A stretch of 64,000 nucleotides of DNA from Octopus sinensis (lineage: Eukaryota): NCBI RefSeq assembly GCF_006345805.1, contig NC_043001.1, forward strand, positions 13,206,001 through 13,270,000, given 5' to 3'. Shown one piece after another: positions 1 to 12,899 of the stretch. Under the pieces are notes generated by a model that was not told the origin of the DNA, searched no databases, and was given only the letters and a program-made list of their open reading frames with translations. Numbering within the stretch: the first letter of the stretch is position 1; each line of letters opens with the position of its first letter. The translations under genes and the position numbers were made by a program.

Positions 1-149
1 GAAGTGGTTAGCTGAGAGGAAAATGCAGACGCAAACAGAGAGCGGGAGGAGAGAGTTTAGCGGAGAGAAAAACGAAAGGGGAATCAGATATGAAACACTG
101 AACGCTTTTATGCTGAGTCGCTCCGGGCTTAGTTTCAGGAACACGAAAC

Positions 150-181
<32 letters not shown>

Positions 182-702
182 CAGAGAAACAGAAACACAA
201 AGAAAGAGAAATAGGGAAAGATAGAGAGAGACAGAGTGTGTGTATGTGTGTGTAAAGAGAGACGGGGAGAAAATAAGTGGGTGTTTACTGGAGGTAACTT
301 GGTTGTGGTGTGATTAGAGAATGATTATACTGTATAGTTCAAATTCCATGCAAACACAAACCACTCGATCAACGACAAAATAGTCAGAAGCAACTATATG
401 AACGAGAAGTTATAAGTTGGGAAGTAAATTTCAAATGAATAATCTACGTCGCTTTACGCCATTTACACACTGTTTTTTTGCATTATGACAATTACCTGCA
501 AGAAATTTAATCCCGAGCAGAAACCGAACTTGATAGGATCTCTATGAGTCGAGCTTTTTAAATACATTCCATTAAAATCAAAGTTGGTATGTGTATATAT
601 ATCTATGTAATTTATGTATGTGTATGCGTACATTTTCACAGATGATCGCCGTCTCTTTGTGCTTCACTGTAAATGACATTTCTGATTTTTTGTCCATATA
701 TA

Positions 703-833
703 TAGGGTGTCCCAAACAAATGTATACACACCTTAAATAATTGTAAATTTTTTATTCTTTGTAAGCCTAGTACTTATTCTATCGTTCTTTTTTGCCGAAC
801 CACTATATGTATACATTTTTTGGGGACACCCTG
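703..833. mobile_element. Tc1/mariner-type MITE (131 bp) carrying a SINE-A fragment
   Basis: TIRs TAGGGTGTCCCAAACAAATGTATACA (703-727) and TGTATACATTTTTTGGGGACACCCTG (808-833), with TA on both sides. Interior 752-803 matches the SINE-A body. Confidence 0.7.
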
Positions 834-939
834 TATATGTGTGTGTATGTGTGTGTGTATGTGTGTGTGCGTGTGTCTGTGTGTGTGTAAGTTTGTGTAT
901 ATGTGTATTTTTCCGTGGGGTAACCAGCCCACCATTGGT

Positions 940-1290
940 TTGATGTTGCGCATAGCTGCTTCTATGAATTTTCCCTATTTCCCAACAATAACGGTTGAGT
1001 GTCACTACGTGCGATACTGACCGAGTGCCTTCTATAATAATCTTGGGTCTACCAAGGCCGTGCCCGTGGATATAATTGACGGAAAAGGAAAAAACCCAAT
1101 TATATGTGTATGTCTTAGTATCTGTTTTTGTCCCCTGTCTGATAACCGATGTTGGTGTGTTTAGGGACCCAGTAAGTTATCTGTTCGGCCAAGGAGACCT
1201 GTAGAATAAGTAACACGCTTACAAAATATAAATACAGGGATCACTTAATTTAACTAAAATTCTTGAAGGGCCGTACCTTCAAGATTCATG
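940..1290 (+). mobile_element. Degenerate SINE family A copy
   Basis: Diverged matches to SINE-A blocks (TGTCTT-CTA..., TAACCGATGTTGGTGTGTTT, GTTCGGCCAAGGAGACC, AGAATAAGTA). Confidence 0.55.
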
Positions 1291-1970
1291 TTTTATATCA
1301 GTAGCCCGTATCCTTTTTTATAATTACTTCACAAAACATTTCTATGACTTATATGAAGTATAGACGAGAAATTGCTGAATTATTTATATCTACTTTAAAT
1401 GGGAATGATCCAATGTATTCTATTCAAACATCTGAACATTGCATGTTATTGAATAATTAAAAACCGTTGTCTCAGCATAGATCGATTAGTGAATAATTCA
1501 CTTTTGATTAAAATTAAATCCCCCAGTTATAGAGCATTAATGAACCCTGATGACTTCTTAGCCACGTAATTAATATAACAGCTACGAGAAACGCCCAAAT
1601 TTTATTGAATATTCTAACATACATAAATTTCAATAATTTTCAATTAACATTTAGAACTGCTCTTTGAATACTTGTAAGTCTCCCTTTAGAAACACAGAGG
1701 ATCATTCATTTTACAATGTATCCCATTGCTATTTGCGCTCTCCCATTTGATGGAGACAAATTTCGATATGCATGTGGATAGAGGACAATGTTCTTAAACT
1801 TACAAGGTTTATCTAAAAAGAAAATGAATCACGCAATATCGTAGTTTACCTTCTTAAATAGTATTTCAAACGTTAGGCTAGCGTGAAGCACAAGATTATA
1901 ATTGTATTACTATTTTACTCGAGAATATCATGATAAATTGTTAAAGTTTGAAAATTGCATTCTGTTAGGC

Positions 1971-2235
1971 CAGTTGTTCCCAAACGTTTTCGTTTTGCCG
2001 CCTCCTTGACACCCAGGCCACATTCCAAGTTCCCCTACCCAAACTAACCATCACAAATGTAAACCTCTTTCTGAAGCAAATTCAAAGCAGCTGTATTCAA
2101 GAAAACCATAACCTAATGAAACCCTTATTTTCTTGTTTTACACCATTATCCCCACTTTTTTTACATGCATTTCCTCTCCCTTGGAAGTTTCCACTGCTGG
2201 CAGAGGGGTAAAAGCGCCCACTTTCGGAACCATCG
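1971..2235. mobile_element. hAT-type MITE (Buster/Charlie-like)
   Basis: Ends CAGTTGTTCCCAAAC / CTTTCGGAACCATCG (imperfect TIR). 8-bp TSD TGTTAGGC (1963-1970) vs TGTTAGAC (2236-2243) with central TA. Confidence 0.6.
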
Positions 2236-2314
2236 TGTTAGACTATCTTAATAATTGCAATCTTTGGAAATCAAATCAAGGCTTTGGGCTGACCATATTC
2301 ATCATATGATAAGC

Positions 2315-2481
2315 GCAGGAGTGGCTGTGTGGCAAGTATCATCCTTACCAACCACATTGTCCTGGTTCGTTCTCACTGCGTGGAAACTAGGGCAAGTGTC
2401 TTGTACTATAGCCCCGGGCCGACCAAAGCCTTGTGAGTGTATTTGGTAGACGGAAACTGAATGAAGCCCGTCGTATATATG

Positions 2482-2537
<56 letters not shown>

Positions 2538-2736
2538 TATGTGGGTGTATATATATGTATATATATGCTTGTGTGTGTTTATGTTTTAGTGTCTGTGTTT
2601 GTTCCCCCAGCATCGACTGACAACCGATGCTGGTGTGTTTACGTCCTCATAACCTAGCGGTTCGGCAAAAAATAGCTGATAGAATGAATACTAGGCTTCC
2701 AAAGAGTAAGTCCAGGGGTCGATTTGCTTACTAAAG
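2315..2736 (+). mobile_element. tRNA-headed SINE family A
   Basis: Head GCAGGAGTGGCTGTGTGG...GGTTCG, internal (TA)n(TG)n tract, same body as copies at 18045, 28523 and 58333. Confidence 0.9.
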
Positions 2737-2941
2737 AGTAATTTTTTTTTTAATTACATAATTCAGCCGTTAAGATATTATTATTATTATTATTATTATT
2801 ATTTATGTACATCTCATAAGATATCGTTATCTGGGCTGTGATGTAATTGATACGGCAACAACAATTTCCATAGCATTATAGCCTCTCTGCATATTTTCTG
2901 AATAATCCACGTGTCATCGATAAGGGCTACGTGTTCCATGA

Positions 2942-3325
2942 TGGAAGCACTCCGTCGGTTATGACGATGCGGGTTCCGGTTGATCCGAATCAACTGAACA
3001 GCCTGCTCGTGAAATTAACGTGTAAGTGGCTGAGCACTCCACAGTCACGTGCACCCTTAACGTAGTTCTCGGGGATATTCAGCGTGACACAGAGAGATAC
3101 AAGGCCGGCCCTTTGAAATACAGGTACAACAGAAACAGGAAGTAAGAGTGAGAGAAAGTTGTGGTGAAAGAGTACAGCAGGGATCACCACCATCCCTGCC
3201 GGAGCCTCGTGGAGCTTTTTATGTGTTTTCGCTCAATAAACACTCACAACGCCAGGTCTGGGAACCGAAACCGCGATCCTATGACCGCGAGTCCGCTGCC
3301 CTAACCACTGGGACATTGCGCCTCC
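2942..3325 (-). mobile_element. tRNA-headed SINE family B
   Basis: Minus strand reads GGAGGCGCAATGTCCCAGTGGTTAGGGCAGCGG...GGTTTCGGTTCCC (A/B-box-like). Near-identical copies at 11987, 29622 and 52212. Confidence 0.9.
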
Positions 3326-3789
3326 ACACGTGCTTCATACAGCCCATAGATATCAGTTTTTAGCTTGGGGATTTGGTTGACGGAATTGGTCTGAAACGCA
3401 TATCCCACGGTCGAAATCAATAACCAGACATACAGTTATATGAGCGAAGAAATAAAGAAAAACTATTTTGCCAGCAAAATTATGTACACTATGTTTGTTG
3501 ACAGAAGCAATTCATACAATCGCCAATTAAACATAACATAGGTAAAAAGTGCAACTATGTTGCAGCGTCCATCAGGATTGCTTCTAGTTTGGGGAATTTG
3601 TAATTAATTGTGTTAAGAAAGCATGAAATTATATATTTTTTTACTTTTTAAGACTAAATTCTTCCTTTACAATTACAGCCTTATCCTATACATATAAACA
3701 CACACACACACACATAAACAAGCACACACATACCGATAAACATACACACGCAAATATATATATATATATAAAGAGAGTGAGAGAGAGAG

Positions 3790-4425
<636 letters not shown>

Positions 4426-7400
4426 TGTTTCTTTATTAGCCACACAGGGCTGCACACAGATAGAACAAATTACAAGGTAGAGCTTTTCTTTTGAAGGTTT
4501 AAAAAAAAAAAAAAAGAAAAAAGGAAGGGGGAGTTTCGATCAAAAGGGATCGTAAAAGGAGAGAGAAAGAGGACAAAAGAAAGGGGGTGTTAAAAAAAAA
4601 AAAAAAAAAAAAAGGGGGGGTGAGAGGAAAAAAATTGATCAATAGGGATCGTTATCACAGAAATGTCAATATGAAGTGTAAGGGGAGGACAGGTGAGGTT
4701 TACCCGTGGAAAGAAAAGCCTACGGAAAAGACCACGGTAACCTCGGTCAATGAAGTCACATTTTTATTCTTTTTTTTTTTTTTTTTTTTGCAAATAAGCA
4801 ACTCTCTGTTTTCGATTTCTGGGTTCATAGGCCTATGCTCAAGGTGGCTTCGTCATTCATACGTGCCATTCTTGCTACATTCACCCATCTTTTTTTAAAA
4901 CATTCGCTAGACAAAACTTGCCTCTCTACTCTCACTTTCCTTTTCAAGTGGTACTTGAAGAAGTTGATGAGAGTGACCAGAGAGGAAAGTGTTTGTCTCC
5001 AATCCTTTCAGACGCGTCCACCAGATACATTCTTTCGCCATAGCCACAAGGATGATGAAAATAGCTCTTCCTTCCCGTTTGAAGGAAGGAGGCGTGACAA
5101 TATTGACGATAGACTCAGCTGATAAACCGACTCGTCCAACACGTGACAGCAGTTGTTCGACATAAGCCCACAGGTCGGAGATTGTTGGACACTGAACGAG
5201 TGCGTGCAGAACGGTTTCGTCGCTCTGACCGCATCTCGGGCAGGTCGGCCCCGTGTTTCTCGAGCCGTGTCTGTAGAGCTTATCCCGAACGGGTAGCGCT
5301 TCTCGGTAGCACTGCCAGGCCAGGGATCTCTGGAAGTTGTCCATGGGCCCTGGCCCGAAAGTCGTCCCGAACAGGCGGGTCAGGTACTCCTCGTCGACGT
5401 CCAGGTTCGCCCCGAGCTCGTCGTCGTACCTCCCCCCACTAAACCCCTATAGAATCCTTTGGTTGTGTTGAAGTCACTTAAGGTCGACCCAGGACGGCAG
5501 AGTTGCTTGAGAGCAACGCGACACTCGGGTGCCATTCGCCCTTCCTCGGCCTCTTTTTGATCCACGACTGCAGTTCGGTCATGGAGACGAGCTGCGGGAA
5601 AGCGTGCCTCACAAACGGCGACCACACCTGTTCACCGTCGTCTACATAGAGCCAGAGATGTCGCAGTCTCAGCGCGTGTCTGCGCCATCATCAACCACGG
5701 CATGCCCAGCCCTCCTTTTAACGGGTGTTGACAGCAAATGGATCGCCTGACCATCGGGACGCATCCTTTCACAAGAAGCGAAGAGGATGCGTTGTAGTTT
5801 GGTGATGGTAGGGTCGGGACAAGGTACGACGGTCAGGCGGTAGTAGATGACGGACGCGATGTACGTGTTCGCCACCTCCGCTCGACCATTTAGGGACAGT
5901 TCCTCCCGGCCCATTGCCGGGCGAGAGTGACCACCCTACTCGTTATCTCGTTCAGTTCTTCTCCACTTGGAGGTCCGGACCAAACCAGACCCCGAGCAAC
6001 TCAACCGGGCCGTCGGTCCAGCGTCCACGACGGAGGCGCTGGTGGACGGCATGGGCTTGCTTCTCCAGGTGCCTAGTCGCAAGCCCACTGACTTTTCCGG
6101 TTGATTTTCGCTCCTGTCACCGATTCGTAGTTTTTCAGTGTCTCGCCGACCAGCTCGATGTGCTCGTGGCTAGACACTATGACGGTGACGTCGTCCGCGT
6201 ATGCAGACACGCTCGTCCCGCATCCCAATTCTCGCGGGATGCCCTTAGAGTCGCCAGCTTCCGCAGTAGTGGCTCAAGAGTCAATACGTATAGAAGCGCC
6301 GAGAGGGGGCATCCCTGACGGACCGAACGTGCAATGTCGAAAGGTCTCGATAGATGTCCATTTACGCGAATTACCGAACGGATGCCTCTGTACAAGGCAG
6401 CTATCCAGCCGCGGAAGACGGGACCGGAACCAGCCGCTCTCAGGACTGCCTCCAAGTATCGATGGTCTACCCTATCAAAGGCTTTCGATTGATCCAAGTT
6501 GATCAGGGCCCCACCCATGCCAGGTTCGTTAACTACCCTGTCTATGATGTAGCGCATCAGATGGAGGTGTCATGGATGGTCCGGCCTGGCACGGCGCATG
6601 TTTGCGCCTTGTCGACCAGTTTCTCGATGACAAGCGCCAACCTCTTGGCTAGCACCTTGGCCAAAATTTTCAGTCTGCATTAAGCAGAGTGATGGGCCTA
6701 AAGTTATCTATTACATTTCCCTTGTTTAGATCTTTCTTCAGCAGTGTTACGGCTCTCGGCTCACAAAAACAGGAATGCTCCCGTTTTGCTGCCAGTTGCA
6801 GTACACCGCCGCCAAGAGATCTCAAACAAGTCTGGCATACAATTGTAAAGCTCGTAGGGCAGACCATCCAAACCCGGTGATTTGTCCCTCGAGCATTCTG
6901 CCATCGCTTCCCGCACTTCCGCCGCCGTGATGGCACCTTCGCAGCACCCTGCCTTTCTTGTCGAGAGTCGTGGTAGGCTATGTAGGTAGGCACTGAAGTC
7001 CACCTACGTTCTTGCCCTCCACTCGTTCCGAACAGTCGGGCAAAATGCTGCTGAAAGGCCTCACACATTTTACTTGGCTCGAGCAATTCGCGCCCCTGTT
7101 GATCTACCAGTGACCGAATGGTGGCTTTGTTGCCCTGTTGCGCCTCTGCCACCGGGCCTCTCTCGCGGCTCCAACACCTTCGTTCCTTAGAGCACGCATC
7201 CTAGCTCTGACAGCACATCCTTCGTGTTTGGCGTTGAAGTGTTGGTCGAGGGCCAACCTCGCCGCCAAAACGTCGGATGCGATGCCGCTTCTAATTGCCT
7301 CTTCTAGCTTCTTAACTAGCTCACCCTCTACTCTATTTCTATCTATGGCTAGTGCTTTGCTGTACCTAATCGCTTCTGCTTTTACTGCTCTCTTGAGGGC

Positions 7401-8149
7401 AAACCACCATTTGTTGTTGATGATGGCTCCCGTCAAAGCCCTCTTTACTAGTGTGCTAATCCGGTCTCTGAAAACTTGTCTCGATGGGAAAGACGCGTTT
7501 AGTTTCCAGTATCCGGGACCCTGCCTAAGTGTCTTACCTAAGTCTAGCGTACATGTCACAAGTTGTGATCCGTGTAGCTGACTATGTGGAATTGTGGACA
7601 TCCTATGCTATCTCTATCTACTGTCCTACACAGTATCCTATCTAGATACGATCTCGACGACCCGATGCGGTGGTTGCTCCATGTCCACGTTGGCGCATTC
7701 GGGTGGTCTAGTCGGAACCTGTCAGACAGTTGAAAGCGTCTGAGCAGGTCTCTGAGGCATTTGCATCCCCGTCTATTCCTATCTCTACCCACGTAGTCTA
7801 CATGCGTGTCCAAGGTAGCATTCCAATCCCCCACTAAGAGTAAAGGACGAGACGTTCCCAAGAAAACTTCTAGACGTTGAAAGAAATCCGCCCGACCTGT
7901 TAAGGGCGGTGCGTAAACTGATACGAGTCGAAAAGCGCACCCATTGCTGCCGTCGACATCCAGGACTACCAGTCTACCCTCCGGGTCTACGAATATTGTC
8001 CTTACATTGAGATCCAGACTCTTGTGAAAAAGTACCGCGGTGCCACTACCGCCCATTCTCGGCAGACAGGGGGAAAAATAAATGTTGAATTGTCCGCCAA
8101 ACATGGTCTTTAGGGCCCGCGGATTGTGGAGTCTGGTCTCGCTTATGGC
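4426..8149 (-). mobile_element. L1/Tx1-clade non-LTR retrotransposon, 5'-truncated, flanked on both sides by (GATA)n
   Basis: Minus strand encodes APE endonuclease, RT and C-terminal zinc knuckle in order. The 3' UTR ends AATAAAGAAACAT then (ATCT)n. It is visibly more GC-rich than the host DNA. Confidence 0.93.
4825..8149 (-). pseudogene. Tx1-type ORF2 (APE-RT-CCHC), split by frameshifts
   Basis: APE motifs [32 protein letters not shown] motifs KSPGLDGLPYE, NFRPITLLNAD, LDQSKAFDRVDH, SVRQGCPLS, SAYADD (about 6190-6205). Knuckle CPRCGQSDETVLHALVQC. Stop TGA at 4825-4827. Confidence 0.92.
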
Positions 8150-8211
<62 letters not shown>

Positions 8212-8238
8212 CATAGATAGATAGACAGATAGATAGAC

Positions 8239-8285
<47 letters not shown>

Positions 8286-8286
8286 C

Positions 8287-8345
<59 letters not shown>

Positions 8346-8358
8346 CAGATAGATAGAC

Positions 8359-8445
<87 letters not shown>

Positions 8446-8450
8446 CAGAC

Positions 8451-8502
<52 letters not shown>
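8150..8502. repeat. (GATA)n array
   Basis: About 350 bp of AGAT units abutting the truncated LINE 5' end. Confidence 0.97.
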
Positions 8503-8533
8503 TGAGAGAGAGAGAGATATGCCTTTATATTGT

Positions 8534-8690
8534 AGCTGCAAAAACATCACAAAAAACTGCTATTTAGAGTTTCACGTTCCCGTTGGACGCGAGCAGTTGT
8601 GATACCGTATCACAGTTGCTCGACGAAGGGGAACGTGAAACACGGAGTTGCAGATGTTTTTGCGATTTCTTTTGTTTTTATTTTGCAGCT
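8534..8690. repeat. Imperfect palindrome, possibly a fold-back MITE
   Basis: TTTCACGTTCCC (8570-8581) pairs with GGGAACGTGAAA (8629-8640). CGAGCAGTTGTGATAC pairs with GTATCACAGTTGCTCG. Outer AGCTGCAAAA pairs with TTTTGCAGCT. Confidence 0.75.
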
Positions 8691-8779
8691 TCAGTAAAAG
8701 ACAAGAATCATATTACTCTAACTTCGAGGAATATTTTTACCGACCTTGCATTTATATCCCTTACTCGTGCATGGATATA

Positions 8780-9939
8780 CAGGATGCGCAAGATATTTGA
8801 GGACAGATTTATGTTTATAAAAAAAAGATATATATGATAACAGATAATATCTTTATTTATGAAGAATACTATGAGGATAAGCCTTCTTTTCTATAATGTT
8901 ATTCAATAAAGCCACCTTCAGCTTCAACCACTGCTTCTATATGAGATCTTAATCATCTACATGCTTGAATCAAGTGGTCCTGGTTCATTTTTTACATTAC
9001 TCAGTGAAGGGCGGCTTTCAAGGAATCGTTGGTGTTATGGGCGTGTTCTCTCAACAGAGCTCCAAAATGTAATAGTCCAAAGGTTTGAGATCTGGTGAAT
9101 TAAGAGGTCAAATGTTAAGCGTTATATGACCATGAACATTTTCAGGCATCCATTACTGTGTTACTAGAACCTTGTGTAATAGTGCAGAGTTTTACTGTAA
9201 TATAAATGGCCTACGTTGCATACACTGTCTATCCAGGGCTCTAGGTCCTTGTAGAAAGAAGTACGGAGGCATCACGCCCTTCATTGCTGATAACCCCTAA
9301 AACCATGATAGTTGCATAACACCAAGAACTGCACATACCCATCTGTCATTTCTTCTGTTCGCTTTTTGATCTTGGTCAAAGCTTTTCTTGGTCGACATTT
9401 TTTCCCGTTTGAGAAAGACCAAATCAAATCCTCTGCTGAGTTTTTCAGTCAGTTTACGAGCCATTTAGATCTGATGTAATGATTTTCTTTTGCTTTTTCT
9501 GACAACTGAACTTTCCTCATCATATAAAACTTATATCTGATGTCATTGTGGACACCATTTCTCACCTCATAGACTTTCTGGGATTGTGAGCAATGCTCTG
9601 TTGAACTTGCTGGATGAATTCAGGTGTTCTGATGATTTCAGAGCATTTAGAATGATTTTTATACTCTGATACTGGCGATACTTTTCCATCTTCAGTTTCT
9701 AGCTCCTTACAAACTTTGTAGACGAAAAATCGAGCAATTTTTAAAAATCACGATATTTTTAAATCCCTATGTTCAGCCTTTATAATCACAATAACAGCAT
9801 GCCTCTTCATTTCTTGAGTAAGCTGAGGGTCTGCCATTATTATTGTTTTGAAACAAAGATCATCCAGTGTTATACAGCGTTAGCAAAAGTGCAGCAATGA
9901 CCCCAAAATGGTATGTCCTCAAATACTTTGTGTTCCCTG
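8780..9939 (-). mobile_element. Degenerate Tc1/mariner-superfamily DNA transposon (maT/DD37D-like)
   Basis: TIRs CAGGATGCGCAAGATATTTGAGGACA / CAGGGAACACAAAGTATTTGAGGACA with TA flanks. Minus-strand remnants TQEMKRHAVIV, FDQDQKANRRNDRW, ATIMVLGVISNEG, *PLNSPDLKPLDY, HIEAVVEAEGG. Confidence 0.85.
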
Positions 9940-10251
9940 TATATATATATTTTTTTACAGTCAATAGACTACGGCCATACTGAGGCATTGCCTTTCAGAA
10001 TTTTCGTCGGATCAATCGACCAATGTACTTATTTTTTAAATAGCGCTAAGCGACGCGGATGAAAACACATCGGCAGCAGTTGCCAGGCAGTGGGGAGGCA
10101 AACACAGACGAAAAATATCGATACGCAACTGCATATGTATGGATGTGAGTATATACATACATATACATGTGTATGTATGAGTATAAATACATCCAACAAA
10201 AAAAAGTCGGGCCTTTTACCTAGAGTAGAAAATAATATCTTTATCAGAAGA

Positions 10252-10604
10252 GGCGGCGTGCTGGCAGAAATGCTAGCTCGCCGGGCGAAATGCTTAGCAG
10301 TATTTCGTCTGCCACTACGTTCTGAGTTCAAATTCCGCCGAGGTCGACTTTGCCTTTCATCCTATCGGGGTCGATTACGCACTGAAGTCAATATAATCGA
10401 CTTAATCCGTTTGTCTGTCCCTGTTTGTTCTCTCTGTGTTTAGTCCTTTGTGGGTAGTAAAGAAACAGGTATTTCGTCTGTCTTATGTTCTGAGTTAAAA
10501 TTCCGCCGGGTCGATAAATTAAAGCACCAGTTATGTACTGGGGTCGATCTAATCGACTGGCCTCCTCCCTAAAAATGTCGGGCCTTGTGCCTAGAGTAGA
10601 ATAA
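10252..10604 (+). mobile_element. SINE family D with internal duplication
   Basis: Head GGCGGCGTGCTGGCAGAAA...GAGTTCAAATTCC and core GAGGTCGACTTTGCCTTTCATCCT. The core resembles the Deu/Nin SINE domain from recall, not checked. Confidence 0.88.
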
Positions 10605-11079
10605 ATATTTTTATCATAATTCCAGTCTGTCTGGAACTATAATTTAGTTTCAGAAAACTGACTTAATAATACCACACATTTATTAAGCTTATCAAGTTTC
10701 CTTTCAGACTACTTCAACACATTCCATTTTAGTTCACATAATATTCAACTACACCGATATCCTAAAGAAAAACAATCTTATGATGCTCATCTAGTCTAGT
10801 ACCAAAGTGTCTATTACTAATATTATTCAGTCGATGTTGTTTTGTTATTTCTTTTGCATTTATTTATAACTGTTCGCTTGAGTTTTATGGAATCTTAGAC
10901 CGATCTAAGAAAATCGATTGGGATTTTGCTGTAAGGCAGAAAAAATACTAGACTGTTGGTATTTTTAACACCATGTAGATTTTTCTATTTCTTTGTACCT
11001 GATTATCACCTGCAGTCTGCTGCGTGAATTGTTTGTTTATGCATATTTTGAGTGAATACGGTAGACCTAATAAAATTAA

Positions 11080-11481
11080 TCTTTATTTATAAAAGTGAAG
11101 TTGTGTGAGTGTCTGTCTCCTACGATTTAGATTCCTAACTACTCCCACATTTTGCGGTGCAGTTTAACCAAAACCGGGTATCTTATAGTCGTGATTCATA
11201 TCGAGCCCGTCTGAGTATTAGCGCGCGTCTACGATGAGTCTACGATTTTAAAAAAAATTACCATCATTTTTTTTCCATTTTAATGCATTTTTTCGCCATT
11301 ATATAAGGGAAGTAAATCTCTAAAAATGTCTACGATGAGTCAACGATTTAAAAAAAAATTTACCATCATTTTTTTTCCATTATTAATGCATTTTTTTGCT
11401 ATTTTTTTGCTATAACCCTCTAAAAATGCTTATATAGTTACTTCCCTTACAAACCCGAGCAACGCCGGGCGATACTGCTAG
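11080..11481 (+). mobile_element. Non-autonomous Helitron (402 bp)
   Basis: Inserted between A and T, begins TC and ends CTAG. Subterminal GC hairpin CCCG-AGCAACGC-CGGG (11454-11469). Internal ~70-bp tandem duplication (11228-11297, 11328-11399). Confidence 0.8.
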
Positions 11482-11986
11482 TCTAATATAAATTCCATAT
11501 ACTTTTACAGAAATAGATCGAATTCAGTTCTATTCTGTTTTCCCAATTTCCCTTCCCCGCACAAACATAATAATATTTTATATCTATTAAATAGGTCATT
11601 ACATTCTAGTATATTAACTCAAGTTACAGAGAGGTAATATACCGAGGCCGTTCTGTGGATAATTTTGCTGATATTGAAACTTACAAGGCGTGTGATGTTA
11701 ATGTTCTGGATCACTAATCACCTAATCATTAATTCAAAATTAAATACTGTAACTGTTGCTATTTTGTGCAGTGATTCGCCATATTAATCTCATTCTTAAT
11801 CACTCCGTAATTCACGCCTAAAGTTTCACTGCTTGAAAGAACGGTTGTATGAAGCCAACACTTAACTGGCTTAGAGGCTAACAAGTGAAAGAGAGAAGAA
11901 AAAGAAAACATGGTTTATTCCAAACCATAAATGTATGGAAAATACATTAGAGCACACATGCAGCCATATATACATATATATATGCA

Positions 11987-12338
11987 TGGAAGCACTCCGT
12001 CGGTTACGACAACGAGGGTTCCGGTTGATCCGAATCAACGGAACAGCCTGCTCGTGAAATTAACGTGTAAGTGGCTGAGCACTCCACAGACACGTGTACC
12101 CTCGGGGATATTCAGCGTGACACAGAAAGTGACAAGGCCGGCCCTTTGAAATACAGGTACATACGAAACAGGAAGTAAGAGTGAGAGAAAGTTGTGATGA
12201 AAGAGTACAGCAGGGACCACCACCATCCCTTTTAGGTGTTTTCGCTCAATAAACACTTACAACTCCCGGTCTGCGAATCGAAACCGCGATCCTATGACCG
12301 CGAGTCCGCTGCCCTAACCACTGGGCCATTGCGCCACC
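11987..12338 (-). mobile_element. SINE family B
   Basis: Colinear with 2942-3325, with two small internal deletions. Confidence 0.9.
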
Positions 12339-12374
12339 ACATATATATGTATATATATATATATATATATATAA

Positions 12375-12505
12375 AATAAAAGTTTACGAAAAAAAAAACA
12401 CGAAGACAGGTGGTGTACAAAACGCTCAGGAATATAAAATAGTATTTTACGTTTCGAGCCTACGCTCTTCTACAGAAAAGGACACAGAAAAAAAAAACAA
12501 GGAGG
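12375..12505 (-). mobile_element. Penelope-like pLTR fragment with hammerhead-like motif (family H2)
   Basis: Homologous to 33570-33750 (+) and 46040-46290 (-). All share GAAGAGCGTARGCTCGAAACGT and CCTGAGCG. Confidence 0.65.
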
Positions 12506-12857
12506 CACGCATACACGCATAAACACGCGTATACACGTATAGTTAGCTTGAATTTAGTCTTTGCTCCTGAAGGGATAATATAATTTTAAAAAGACAAAAT
12601 AAATAGCTTTGTATAGGAACTTCAAGTGGGTTAGTCACCTAAATCGCGAGTGTGAATATTTCGGAGCGAGAAATTTCGACTTTGTCTATTGAGACGACGA
12701 TGCCCAATTATGTATCAGGTGTCTCTCACTCTCTCACACACACACTCACACATAAGCACACAAACAAACACACACACACACACATATATATATATGTATA
12801 TATATGTATATATATATACACATATATATACATATATATGATATATATACACACATA

Positions 12858-12894
<37 letters not shown>

Positions 12895-12899
<5 letters not shown>

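Noticed and set aside
2990-3193. Recurrent ORF MVVIPAVLFHHNF... (also 12035, 29752, 52333)
   Set aside because: It is a chance frame inside SINE-B; it recurs because the SINE does.
5143-6683. Plus-strand ORFs of 70-135 aa over the LINE
   Set aside because: They are antisense shadows of the GC-rich ORF2, with no recognisable motifs.
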